64,000 nt of DNA from an uncultured Candidatus Binatia bacterium (GCA_965242605.1 CBDESS010000002.1:128572-192571), one strand, 5' to 3'. Positions 33,170 to 42,543 are shown, counted from the first letter of the stretch. The notes: generated by a model from the letters alone, not told the origin. Numbers and translations: made by a program.

Positions 33170-34402
33170 ATGCCACAATTTCACTATCAGGCGACAACCC
33201 CCCAAGGAAAAATCATCAAGGGGGTCATGGACGCTGGCGCAGAGCGGGTGGTTGTCTCGCGTCTGCACGACCGAGGCTATCTTCCCCTGAAAATAAGCCT
33301 GCCGGACCAGACGACGGGGAAGCTGACCGGCCTGCGTCTGACCCTCCCCGTTCTGCCGGGTCAGGGCAGGGTGCGCCAGCGGGACTTGTTACTGGTGACC
33401 CGGGAGCTGGCGACCTTGCTGTCTGCCGGCCTGCCGCTTGACCGGGCGTTGTCCGTTTTGACCGGATTGACCACCAGGGCCGAGTTACGCCAGGCGGTGG
33501 AGCAGATCCTGCGCCATGTGCAGCGGGGGAAATCCCTGGCCGAAGCCCTGGCCGAGTATCCAAGAATTTTTCCGCCCCTGTATATCAATATGATCAAGGC
33601 CGGTGAGCTGGGCGGCTTTCTCGATACGGCGTTAGCGCGCCTAGCCGAGTATCTGGAGCGCGCCCAGGAAGTGCAGGAGGAAGTGAAATCCGCCCTGGCC
33701 TATCCCACAATCCTGGTGTGTGTTGGTGGGGCGGCCATTGTCCTCATGTTTACCTTTGTGTTACCGAAATTTGCGGTCTTATTTGAAGATATGGGCGAAG
33801 CGCTGCCGGCCTCAACCCGTTTCCTGCTGGCGGTGAGTCATTTCGCGCGGGACTACTGGTGGCTCGTGGCCCTGAGTGTGACCGCGTGTGGGGCCGGGCT
33901 GTGGCGCTATATTGCCAGCCCACAGGGACGCCTGGCCTGGGATGGCTGGAGTCTGAGGATGGCCTTCATCGGCCCATTATTGCAAAAACGCGAGGTTGGA
34001 CGCTTTGCCCGGACACTTGGAACCCTGCTCCAGAGCGGCGTGCCCCTCCTCCAGGCGATGGAACTGGTTGAGGAGGTGGTGAGCAATCAGCATATCAGGC
34101 GCAGCCTTACAGATGTGCGGGCTGGGGTTCGAGAGGGTGAGGGCATTGCCGCGCCGCTTGGCCAGAGTGGGGTCTTCCCGTCTCTGGCCTTGCAGATGGT
34201 CAGCGTGGGTGAGGAAACCGGACGGCTTGACGAGATGTTGATGCAGGTCGCCGAGTATTATGAAAAAGATACCCATGCCCAGCTACGACGCCTGACCTCG
34301 CTGGTTGAGCCGGTGTTGCTTTTGACTATGGGGCTGATTGTCGGCTTTGTGGTGATTGCCATGCTGTTGGGACTGTTCAGCGTCAACGATGTCTCATTCT
34401 GA
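33170..34402 (+). CDS. gspF: Type II secretion inner-membrane platform protein GspF/PilC
   Basis: RELATLLSAGLPL, MIKAGELGG.L, ALAYP, GEETGRLDEML, VEP. Confidence 0.93.
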   Translation: MPQFHYQATTPQGKIIKGVMDAGAERVVVSRLHDRGYLPLKISLPDQTTGKLTGLRLTLPVLPGQGRVRQRDLLLVTRELATLLSAGLPLDRALSVLTGLTTRAELRQAVEQILRHVQRGKSLAEALAEYPRIFPPLYINMIKAGELGGFLDTALARLAEYLERAQEVQEEVKSALAYPTILVCVGGAAIVLMFTFVLPKFAVLFEDMGEALPASTRFLLAVSHFARDYWWLVALSVTACGAGLWRYIASPQGRLAWDGWSLRMAFIGPLLQKREVGRFARTLGTLLQSGVPLLQAMELVEEVVSNQHIRRSLTDVRAGVREGEGIAAPLGQSGVFPSLALQMVSVGEETGRLDEMLMQVAEYYEKDTHAQLRRLTSLVEPVLLLTMGLIVGFVVIAMLLGLFSVNDVSF

Positions 34403-34418
34403 GAAAGGAGGATTCGTG

Positions 34419-34883
34419 ATGGACAAGACACGTCACGCACCCTGGCATCTGCCTGCCGGTCAGGCCGGGACGGCCCAGGCTGGTTTTACCCTGGTTGAAC
34501 TCCTGGTCGTGATGGTTATTCTGGGGCTCCTGGTCGCCCTGGTTGCCCCGAACTATATGGGGCGGGTGGATTCGGCACGCGAAGACGCCGCCCGAGTCCA
34601 GATTGAGAACCTGGGTGCCGCGCTCGACATGTTTCGTCTTGACGTTGGCCGCTATCCAAACTCCCAGGAGGGGTTGGCCGCACTGCGCCAGCGACCGGCC
34701 GGTCTTGAGCGCTGGGACGGCCCCTATCTCAGGAAAGATGTGCCACAAGACCCCTGGGGCGGTCAGTATGTCTATCGCAGTCCTGGCGAACGGGGAGCCT
34801 ACGACCTCATTTCCTACGGTGCCGATCGCGTGGCCGGAGGAAACGACGAAGGCAGAGACATCAACAGTTGGGAGAACAGTTGA
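34419..34883 (+). CDS. gspG: Type II secretion major pseudopilin
   Basis: G|FTLVELLVV prepilin site, LDVGRYP..EGL.AL, WDGPYL...PQDPWG..Y.Y.SPG; AAAGGAGG RBS. Confidence 0.95.
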   Translation: MDKTRHAPWHLPAGQAGTAQAGFTLVELLVVMVILGLLVALVAPNYMGRVDSAREDAARVQIENLGAALDMFRLDVGRYPNSQEGLAALRQRPAGLERWDGPYLRKDVPQDPWGGQYVYRSPGERGAYDLISYGADRVAGGNDEGRDINSWENS

Positions 34884-34938
34884 GCCCGCGGCTCCGAACC
34901 CCAGGAGTCCTGAGTGGCGTGGCCCCTGACTGAGGGCG

Positions 34939-36372
34939 ATGGAGGCGGGGGTGGAACTCGGCGCTCTGTTTCAACAGCTCGCCAGGCTGGATTACCTGGA
35001 TGGGCTGGGGATCGGGATCGGCCCGCGCGAGATGAGTATCGTGCATCTGGCCAAGCGCTTCTTCCGGGTCAGCGTGCGGCGGGCACAGACAGTCCCCCTG
35101 CCTGCATCCGGGCCAGAACGCCTCCATGCCTGTGGACAGGCGTTGGAGGAGTTTCTGGCCGCTATGGAAACCAGCCCGGATCAGGTGGTCTTGTGTTTAC
35201 CCAGACACACGGCAAGTGTCAGCCGCTTGACGGTGCCCGAGGCAGCCCGGGATTCCCTTGAGAGCGCCATCGGGTATGAAGTCGAGCGGCTCTTCCCTTT
35301 CCCCAAAGAAAAGATTTATTACGATTATCTGAGCTACCCGGTTGGTGGCGAGGGCGAGCGGCTCGGCGTCGCCCTGTTCTGTCTGCCCCGCAGTGAGGTT
35401 GAAGACCTGCTTGACGTTCTCTCAGAATTCCAGCTCCGCCCCCACACGGTCACCATCAGCGGCTGTGCCCAGCTGAGTGCCTTGCTGTCGTGTGCCCCCA
35501 CGCCCGGTGCCTCGTGCGTGCTCATCGGACCGGAAGACGATAAGCTGGAACTGAGTTTCATTGCCGGCGAACAGCTGGTGGCCAGCCATCTGTTCGCCGG
35601 CCGACCCACCGCTGAACCGGACGCCCTGAGCGACCTGCTGGCCCAGGGCGTCACCCGGAATCTGCCCGACGCCTCACCCGACGGTCCGCCCATTTTTACC
35701 TGGGGAACACACGCCCGGCTGCCCTGGACGGTGAATACCGGGCACGATCTCAGCGCCCTTGCGACCGCTCGTTTTGGTGTCCCCCTGGAGTCCGGTTTTT
35801 CTCCGGCCGCGCTGCCGGCTCTGGGGGCGGCAGTCCAGGCGGTGGGGGAGGTGACAGGCGGCATCAATGTCTTGCCCCTCGACAGGCGCGCCCAGCGGGA
35901 AAAACGTCTGTCAGCCCTGACCCTGGGGCTGGTGAGCCTTGTCTTTGTCCTTGGGTGTGCCTGGGCGGTTGGAACTGTTGTCCAGAACCGCCGGACGCTG
36001 AACATTCTGACCGCGCAGGTCGAAACGCTCAACCCGGAGGTTGAGCAGACCCTGGTCCACCAATCCGAAGCCGACCTCCTGGCCGGCCATATGACGGTCC
36101 TCAGTGCAGAGCAGGACAAGCGCGTCCTGCCCCTCCTGCGCCACCTGTCGGACACTATCCCGGCCGATATGTATCTCACCAGTCTTCGCTATACAGGCGG
36201 GAGTATTGAGTTGAGCGGGGTGGCCAGGACCAAGCCGGCCTCGGAGCTGGTGACAGCCCTTGAACAGCTCGAATGCATTACTGGCGTTGTTCCCAAAGCC
36301 GCGTTTGCAACGACAGCCCAAGGTGAGACCTTCACCCTGAGCGCCGAGGTGGTCCACCCGTGCGGCCGCTAG
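34939..36372 (+). CDS. GspL-like (PilM-like cytoplasmic plus PilN-like periplasmic) protein
   Basis: YEVERLFPFP...YYDY cytoplasmic domain, INVLP motif, single TM, LRHLSDTIPADMYLTSLRY...ELSG periplasmic domain. Confidence 0.75.
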   Translation: MEAGVELGALFQQLARLDYLDGLGIGIGPREMSIVHLAKRFFRVSVRRAQTVPLPASGPERLHACGQALEEFLAAMETSPDQVVLCLPRHTASVSRLTVPEAARDSLESAIGYEVERLFPFPKEKIYYDYLSYPVGGEGERLGVALFCLPRSEVEDLLDVLSEFQLRPHTVTISGCAQLSALLSCAPTPGASCVLIGPEDDKLELSFIAGEQLVASHLFAGRPTAEPDALSDLLAQGVTRNLPDASPDGPPIFTWGTHARLPWTVNTGHDLSALATARFGVPLESGFSPAALPALGAAVQAVGEVTGGINVLPLDRRAQREKRLSALTLGLVSLVFVLGCAWAVGTVVQNRRTLNILTAQVETLNPEVEQTLVHQSEADLLAGHMTVLSAEQDKRVLPLLRHLSDTIPADMYLTSLRYTGGSIELSGVARTKPASELVTALEQLECITGVVPKAAFATTAQGETFTLSAEVVHPCGR

Positions 36373-36989
36373 TCCATCTCTGGCAACGCTTCTCCAGGCG
36401 GGAACGCCTGTTGCTTGGCGCGGCTGGCGCGTTCCTGCTCGTGGTGGCCGTGCGTTCTGGCGTGCTTGACCCCTACCGGGCCTATGTCCAGCGTATTGAA
36501 GAGCACATTGAACAAACGGCCGATCGAGTCCGCCACATGCAGGAGCGAAAAGACCGGGCTCCTCACCTGGCCCGCCACCTTGAGGAGCTGCGCCGCCAGT
36601 TCACGACCCTGCAAACGCGCTTCATTCCAGAGACGACCTCCTCCCTGGCCGCGGCCCTCCTCCAGGAGCGGATACAGACCCTGGCAGCCCAGAGCGGCCT
36701 TGAGTTGGCCACCACCCAGGTGATGAAAGAGCAGACCATCGGCGAGTTTCGCAAAGCGCTGGTACAGGTCAGCCTGAGCGGGCAGCTGCCGGCAGTTGCC
36801 GCCTTTCTGTCTGGCATTGAATACACCAACGAGTGGCTCCTGTCTGTGTCCAGCCTGGAGATACACAGCCCGTCCAGGAGCCGGACACGCCGGAGCCGCC
36901 GCAGGTCGGCGAGTACTCCCCAGGCCACGAATGTCCTCACCCTCACCCTCACCGTCGGGGGGGTGATGCGGCAGGCTGAAGCCTCCTGA
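36360..36989 (+). CDS. GspM/PilO-like protein
   Basis: SRRERLLL followed by a TM, coiled coil, AAALLQERIQTLA and a ferredoxin-like C-terminus; follows the GspL-like gene. Confidence 0.75.
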   Translation: MRPLVHLWQRFSRRERLLLGAAGAFLLVVAVRSGVLDPYRAYVQRIEEHIEQTADRVRHMQERKDRAPHLARHLEELRRQFTTLQTRFIPETTSSLAAALLQERIQTLAAQSGLELATTQVMKEQTIGEFRKALVQVSLSGQLPAVAAFLSGIEYTNEWLLSVSSLEIHSPSRSRTRRSRRRSASTPQATNVLTLTLTVGGVMRQAEAS

Positions 36990-37001
36990 AGAAAGCCACC
37001 A

Positions 37002-37769
37002 ATGCGAATCCGACGCTTTGTTCACCTGATACTGCTGCTGGGGGCCGGTGGGCTCGCCTGGCAGGTGTTTGTCGCCTGGAGCCACACCGCTTCGCTTCTT
37101 GGAGTCGATTCCGTACCAGATTCTGACCCTACCCTCCCGTCCTTCTCCCGGGCCGGACCGGAGACAGGCCAAGAGCTCGTCCAGGTCATTACCGACAAGA
37201 ATCTCTTTGCTCCCAGCCGCCGCCCGCCGTCAACCCGGCCGGCAGCACAACAGCCGGCCCCTGCTGTTCCGCCGCCCGATCACCTGAAGCTCGTCGGTGT
37301 CTTCAGCGTCGGCGAGCGGCGCGAGGCGCTGTTTGCCGATACCTCCAAAGGCGGGAAAGTCACGCGGGTGGGGTCTGGAGACAGGCTGGACTCCTACCGG
37401 TTGGCCCGGCTTACCCATACCGAAGCAACGCTCGCCCTTGGCGCGGGGGGACGCGAGTTCAGCCTGCCCCTGCATATCCACAAGAGCGCCGATGCGGCCA
37501 GGGCCCCGCGTCTCATACCCGCCAGACCCCAGTCGATGCCTGAAGCCTCAACACCACCACCACCAGGTGCTCCGCCCAGCGGGATGGCCGTCCCCATACC
37601 GGGAGAACCCCCGCCAGGCCAGCCCCCTCCTCCTCCACAAACGGCCGCGGCCCCCAGCGGCCAGGACGATATCGTGACCATTCGGAGGAATATCCGCCGG
37701 ATGCAACGCCGTCTGCGTGAGATCCGCCGTGCCCGCGCCCGCGAGCGACGTGAGGCACGGGATGGCTGA
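37002..37769 (+). CDS. GspC-like protein (TM, HR-like domain, Pro-rich linker, Arg-rich tail; no PDZ)
   Basis: KNLFAPSRRP, LKLVGV, VGSGDRLDSYRL; immediately upstream of the secretin. Confidence 0.55.
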   Translation: MRIRRFVHLILLLGAGGLAWQVFVAWSHTASLLGVDSVPDSDPTLPSFSRAGPETGQELVQVITDKNLFAPSRRPPSTRPAAQQPAPAVPPPDHLKLVGVFSVGERREALFADTSKGGKVTRVGSGDRLDSYRLARLTHTEATLALGAGGREFSLPLHIHKSADAARAPRLIPARPQSMPEASTPPPPGAPPSGMAVPIPGEPPPGQPPPPPQTAAAPSGQDDIVTIRRNIRRMQRRLREIRRARARERREARDG

Positions 37770-40017
37770 GGGACGCGCGGGCACGAACACACGAAGACGG
37801 CTGCGGGGGCGGGAACGGTGGTCTTGTGACCTGCTTCGCAGCCTGGGCCTGGTGGCGACAGCCGGCGGTCTCTTGTGGAGTGCTGCCCCGCCCCCCCCGG
37901 CCGTTGCTCAGAGCGACCCGGCCGACAGCCAGGCGGCAGTCCGGCTCAATTTTGAAGGCGCGGACATCCGCGAGGTGATTCACAGCATCGCTGCCGCCCT
38001 GGAGATTCACTACATCATTGACCCGCGTGTCCAGGGCCAGGTCACCGTTCGGACGGCCAGCGATATTCCCCATGATGAGCTGTTGTTCATCTTCCACCAG
38101 ATTTTGCGCAGCAGCGGGGTGGCAGCCAAGCGCGTGGGCAATATCTACCATATTGTCCCGGTCGCAGAAGCAAAAACCAAGACCAGCGTCTCTCTCTCCC
38201 GGCAGTCGAGGGCGGACGATGCGTTTGTCATTGAGGTCGTCACGGTTGAGCACGCGCCCGTCGAAGAGATGGCCAAGGTCCTCCAGCCGTTTGTCTCGCC
38301 CGGCGGCGATGTCCTGCCCTATCCACGCTCCAACCTGCTCGTGCTGTCTGACCTTGCCTCAAGTGTGCGCCGGCTCAAGGAGCTGTTGAGCATTTTTGAT
38401 ACCGATACGTTCGGCGAGCTGCACGCCGAGGTGTACCGGATTGAGCACGCCAATGTTGAAGACCTGAGCGAAGAGTTGACCGGCCTGCTTGGACCCTATG
38501 GGGTCATTACGGCCGTTGACACCCTGGCAATGCATGGCGTGTTTGTCATTCCTCTGTCACGGCTCAATTCTGTTGCGGTCATTGCGTTCAACCCTGGCGT
38601 GTTTACCCATGTTGAAAAATGGATTCAGGTTCTTGATGTGCCGCCGGAAAAAGGCGGCGGTCGCACCGTCCATGTGTATGCGGTGGAAAATGCCAAAGCG
38701 GTTGATCTGGCCGGCATTTTAGGCGAGCTGTACGGTGGCGATGGGATGGCCAGAGGGCGGCGGAGCCGCAATCAAGGCTCGGGTACGCGCGGCAGCCGGC
38801 GCTCCGGGGCCACTGGCAGCGGCGGCTCAGAAGAGGGCAGCCTCCTCGGCAGTGACGGCGAGAGCCGCCAGAGCGGCGGTTTCGGCTCCGGTCGTGGCCG
38901 CCGGCGCGGCGGCGGGGACGGCGGAACCCAGAGTGTGCTGCTGGCACCCCAGGAAGGCGAGAAGCCGGTGTTTAAGGAGGAGGTCCGGGTGGTGGCCGAT
39001 GAGATCAGCAACTCGCTGATTATTCTGGCTACGCCGCGCGACTATGCGATGATCCGGGACGTCTTGCGTAAGCTCGATATCGTGCCCCGGCAGGTGCTTA
39101 TTGAGGCGATTATTGCCGAAATCCAGCTGATCGGTACGCTCGCCTTTGGGCTGGAATATGCCCTGTCACAGGGGGGGATTGCGGATCTGCTCGGTACAAG
39201 TGAAGGGAGTGGGGTTGGTGCTGCCGAAACCCCGGCGACCACCAGCCTGAGCGTTGGCAACAGCGCGTTGCTCGCGAGCTCAAAGCGGGCGGTGAATATC
39301 GGTGCGCAGGGCGTCTTCGGGTTTCTGACCGACCGCGACCAGTTTCTGGCTTTGATCCAGGCCCTGGAGACCAAGCAGCGGGTCAATGTGCTGGCCACCC
39401 CGTATGTGATCGCGTCCGATAATCGTGAGGCGAGTATCCTGATTGGTGAAGAGGTGCCGATCCTGACCTCGACTTCGACGAGTACGCTGACTGATAACGC
39501 CCGGACCATCAACAGTGTCCAGTACCGCGATACCGGCAGGATTTTGACAATTCTGCCCCAGATCAATTCGGCTGGTCTGGTCAATCTTGAGATTCGTCAG
39601 GAGGTCAGCTCTGTCGGCCAGTCCGAGTTTGGGCGGACGAACTCACCCAGCTTTGTGTCACGCGAGGCCGAGACTACGGTTGTTGTCCAGGATGGGGAGT
39701 CGGTGGTGTTGGGCGGCATTATTGCCGACCAGATCAGACGGACCCGCAACGGGGTGCCGTTCCTGATGGATGTGCCGGTGTTGGGCCGCCTGTTCCGGGT
39801 GGATGGTGAGCGGACTGAGCGGACTGAGTTGATTATTCTGATTACGCCGCGGGTGATTCGGAGTCGTCAGGAGTTGCAGGCTGTCACCGAGGACTTTACT
39901 CGGCGGATCAAGACCCTGGGGGAGATGATTGAGCGGGGAAAATCAAGCTGGCCGACCGCGGCGTCCGGCAGTCCGGCGGCTCTGCCCCCTCCAGCAAGAC
40001 CGGATGAGCAGTCTTAG
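37762..40017 (+). CDS. gspD: Type II secretion secretin
   Basis: LNFEGADIREVI (N0), three KH-like N domains, QVLIEAIIAE, GVPFLMDVPVLGRLF, RTELIILITPRVI. Start uncertain. Confidence 0.95.
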   Translation: MAEGRAGTNTRRRLRGRERWSCDLLRSLGLVATAGGLLWSAAPPPPAVAQSDPADSQAAVRLNFEGADIREVIHSIAAALEIHYIIDPRVQGQVTVRTASDIPHDELLFIFHQILRSSGVAAKRVGNIYHIVPVAEAKTKTSVSLSRQSRADDAFVIEVVTVEHAPVEEMAKVLQPFVSPGGDVLPYPRSNLLVLSDLASSVRRLKELLSIFDTDTFGELHAEVYRIEHANVEDLSEELTGLLGPYGVITAVDTLAMHGVFVIPLSRLNSVAVIAFNPGVFTHVEKWIQVLDVPPEKGGGRTVHVYAVENAKAVDLAGILGELYGGDGMARGRRSRNQGSGTRGSRRSGATGSGGSEEGSLLGSDGESRQSGGFGSGRGRRRGGGDGGTQSVLLAPQEGEKPVFKEEVRVVADEISNSLIILATPRDYAMIRDVLRKLDIVPRQVLIEAIIAEIQLIGTLAFGLEYALSQGGIADLLGTSEGSGVGAAETPATTSLSVGNSALLASSKRAVNIGAQGVFGFLTDRDQFLALIQALETKQRVNVLATPYVIASDNREASILIGEEVPILTSTSTSTLTDNARTINSVQYRDTGRILTILPQINSAGLVNLEIRQEVSSVGQSEFGRTNSPSFVSREAETTVVVQDGESVVLGGIIADQIRRTRNGVPFLMDVPVLGRLFRVDGERTERTELIILITPRVIRSRQELQAVTEDFTRRIKTLGEMIERGKSSWPTAASGSPAALPPPARPDEQS

Positions 40018-40212
40018 GGGTCCTGGCAGATGCATTGGGGAGCGGCTCAGGTGGCGGGGAGTGCCGGGGGGCTGTGGGTCATGGGGACGGGTGGGAAGCG
40101 CGGGCGCGGGACCTGACCGCCCCATGCCGACAGGAAGCCTGCGCCGGGCCTGGAAGGTCCTGACTGAACGCAGGGCCAAGCCGCAGGGGCGCGATCTTCC
40201 TGTTCCGGCTGC

Positions 40213-40243
40213 AAAAAAAGGAGAGGGGCTTCCCTCTCCTTTT
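40213..40243. terminator. Bidirectional rho-independent terminator between gspD and the S-layer-like gene
   Basis: A7-GGAGAGGG-GCTT-CCCTCTCC-T4, giving a 7-U tail on the minus strand. A second 9-bp GC hairpin lies at 40252-40272. Confidence 0.85.
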
Positions 40244-40311
40244 GACTCTGACCCGCCCGGAGGCCGGGCGGGGGTTGGCTGAGGTGACGCTCAGCTCGTT
40301 ACTGGACAGTT

Positions 40312-40344
40312 CCCGGAGGGACACCCGGAGGGACCCCGGAGGGA
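40312..40344. repeat. Three tandem copies of CCCGGAGGGA in the 3' region of the S-layer-like gene
   Basis: Copies at 40312, 40324 and 40335. Confidence 0.8.
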
Positions 40345-40355
40345 ACAGCCCCCTC

Positions 40356-41705
40356 TCATGGAGGAGTTATTCCGGTGTGCCAGCGGATCGGACTCAGATT
40401 GTCGTACATGCCGGAGGTCACGTCAAAGGCTGACATGGTGAATCCGAAGACAGGGAGACCCCAAGGTCCTCCATTTCCACCTAGTGGTAGTGGTACTGTA
40501 CCCGCACCCGCGTATGTCTGAGCCGCAAGGGTGAAACTCATCGTCATGTCGTCGGTCCCAGTTTCAGTCCCCGCCATAGCCTTCATGTCCCCAGCATACT
40601 TCTTGTCGGTGTTATTGACGATGCGGAAACTCCCGGCCTCAGCGTTGAATCCCTCAATAACTACCACGTCATTGCATGTGACCTGGGTCAGGCGGTTCTC
40701 CATCATCTCAAAGCGGCACATGTTGACAGTCTGGTCAAGCATGACCTCATGGTTTGCAACAGTGTTCCCCGCTTCGTCAAAGACATACATGGTCAGCGGG
40801 TCGGTATTGGTCCGCGGTTGGTTGTCCACCACTGTCTGATAGTTCAGCGGATGAGTGTCGGGGAAGGTCAGGATGACATCTGTCGTGGCATTGAGGACTG
40901 GATCGGTGATCCAACGACCGAACAGATGGCGTTTGATCTCCTCCCGTGCGTTGAAAGCCATGAAGCCGGCGTTGCACTCCTGGACATTGCAGGACGTCAG
41001 AGCGACGGGGTTATATGTTGAGGCAAAGCCCTCCTCAGCAGAGACGAGGTAGGCGAGGCCCGAGATATCTCTAACCGTACTGGTTGCCATGTCCTCGCCG
41101 GTCCCAGTAGACGCTACCTTCGGGAATGCCTCAATGATGCCCATTGTACCGTCAAGCATGATGGTCGGATTGTCCATCGTCGGCGTTCTCATGACATTGC
41201 TCCCCCCTCTTGTCATCGCCGGCTGTGTCACCATGGCATCACACTCGCCAGGATTGCCGAGTGTCAGCATGGACCCGTCGCCGGCGGCATTGGCACTGAT
41301 GGAGGCCGTCCAGGTGTCGCCTGGCATGAGGCAGATATCAAACTGGGCCAGCATCGGGGGTCGACGGAATGCATTGTGGGCGGCCATGGTGTCACCACTG
41401 GTATCCCGCGCGACACTAGCTACCTGATCGGTGAACGGGGGGGTATCTCCACTCCGCACGATGACCCTGACCACATTCCTGGTCTGCGTCGCCGGATCAT
41501 CCATGACTCCCCCCGGAGAGTCAATACTGAGGTAGGTATCCCTGTCTTCTGTGGTCCAGTAGTGGAAGAGGAGATAGCTGCCTAGCCCGCCGGCTCTGGG
41601 CACCTGTCCCGGATTTCCCTCGTGTGCATGCGCGGGCTGCATGGCAAAGAGCAGGGTGCCGGCTACGAGTGCCGTAGCCAGGGTATATTGTCCGACTTTT
41701 CTCAT
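40356..41705 (-). CDS. Secreted cell-surface protein, probable S-layer subunit
   Basis: Sec signal ending AHA; Thr/Gly/Asp/Met-rich. Motifs GLGSYLLFHYWT, FDICLMPGDTWTASI, TDVILTFP and GLPVFGF recall the proteobacterial GQVLIYPYY/DVWTA/TDWVVTFP/GLPVIGF surface-protein family. Strong TAAGGAGG RBS and own terminator. Confidence 0.65.
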   Translation of the reverse strand: MRKVGQYTLATALVAGTLLFAMQPAHAHEGNPGQVPRAGGLGSYLLFHYWTTEDRDTYLSIDSPGGVMDDPATQTRNVVRVIVRSGDTPPFTDQVASVARDTSGDTMAAHNAFRRPPMLAQFDICLMPGDTWTASISANAAGDGSMLTLGNPGECDAMVTQPAMTRGGSNVMRTPTMDNPTIMLDGTMGIIEAFPKVASTGTGEDMATSTVRDISGLAYLVSAEEGFASTYNPVALTSCNVQECNAGFMAFNAREEIKRHLFGRWITDPVLNATTDVILTFPDTHPLNYQTVVDNQPRTNTDPLTMYVFDEAGNTVANHEVMLDQTVNMCRFEMMENRLTQVTCNDVVVIEGFNAEAGSFRIVNNTDKKYAGDMKAMAGTETGTDDMTMSFTLAAQTYAGAGTVPLPLGGNGGPWGLPVFGFTMSAFDVTSGMYDNLSPIRWHTGITPP

Positions 41706-41838
41706 GATTGTCTGTCCTCCTTATACAGGTGTTGTCTGCCTCAAAGGCTGTCTTCGGCGTCAAGAGCAGGGCATCAGGCTGAGCCCCTGTAGTCCATTCC
41801 CATCCAAAAGTCCAGTATCCGTGTTTCGGCCCCCCAAA

Positions 41839-41851
41839 GATCACCTCCTTA
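41839..41851 (-). promoter_or_regulatory. 13-nt perfect Shine-Dalgarno (TAAGGAGGTGATC) in the 5' leader of the S-layer-like gene
   Basis: The plus strand reads GATCACCTCCTTA, the canonical 16S rRNA 3' tail; about 135 nt upstream of the ATG. Confidence 0.6.
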
Positions 41852-41881
41852 CTTCTGTCTCCTCATGTGGAGTATCTCTGT

Positions 41882-41910
41882 ATACTGATGAAATCCGGAA
41901 TGTATGTCAA
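41882..41910 (-). promoter_or_regulatory. Probable sigma70 promoter of the S-layer-like gene
   Basis: TTGACA-17 bp-CAGTAT with AT-rich upstream sequence. Confidence 0.5.
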
Positions 41911-41951
41911 GTGTATTTTGCAGGCTTGGGGGCCTGCTGACATGTCTGTGG

Positions 41952-42416
41952 TCATTTTTTCCTGGGAGCGCGCCTGGGGTTTATGACCCGGTACCACACT
42001 TCGCCCTCTTTCCGCCAGGTATCCGTGACGGAGGTGGATGTGAGCATCGGGCCGCCGAAGGGGAGCGTATATTCATATTTCAGGCGCAGCCTCACATTCG
42101 CTTCCCGGACGGATGGGTCGGGTTGCAAAGCCTGCGGGTCAATCACGGCAAATTCTTTGATTCTGACGCCTGAGCGCAGGCGGGCCAGGGAGATTTGTTC
42201 TCCGACCTGTTTTTGCTGATCGGGGTGTTCGTACTGGAGGGCCAGCGTCATGTTGTGCTCAGCTCTGGCCCGCCAGTAGGCTTCAAGCCGCGTTTGCAGG
42301 CTTTCCGGGGCGGCTTGCGGGGCCGGCGGCTGTGGCGTGGGGGCTTTGAGGCCGGCGCAGGCTGACACAGACAGGCTCAGCAGTATGCAGAGCAGGGTTC
42401 TCAGGGTTTGATGCAC
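41952..42416 (-). CDS. Small lipoprotein, possibly NTF2-like fold
   Basis: Lipobox VSAC; LQTRLEAYWRAR and DTWRKEGEVWY. GTG 42416 lies 7 nt after an extended -10 promoter. Confidence 0.7.
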   Translation of the reverse strand: MHQTLRTLLCILLSLSVSACAGLKAPTPQPPAPQAAPESLQTRLEAYWRARAEHNMTLALQYEHPDQQKQVGEQISLARLRSGVRIKEFAVIDPQALQPDPSVREANVRLRLKYEYTLPFGGPMLTSTSVTDTWRKEGEVWYRVINPRRAPRKK

Positions 42417-42423
42417 TGTGATC

Positions 42424-42452
42424 AGGATAACAATTGGGAGGGTCGGTGTCAA
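42424..42452 (-). promoter_or_regulatory. sigma70 promoter (extended -10) for the lipoprotein, probably leaderless
   Basis: TTGACA-17 bp-TATCCT, with TGn immediately before the -10. Confidence 0.65.
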
Positions 42453-42543
42453 TGGCCGCGGCTTCGGGGCCATGTCTTGCGGTGGTCGCTGTTTTCGGTT
42501 ATCAGGTGGCAACTCCCGGTGTTCCTCGTTCCTGTGTTGAGCT

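Noticed and set aside
41839-41851. GATCACCTCCTTA as the 3' end of a 16S rRNA gene
   Set aside because: The upstream sequence lacks the conserved 16S terminal helices, so it is treated as an SD-like element on the opposite strand.
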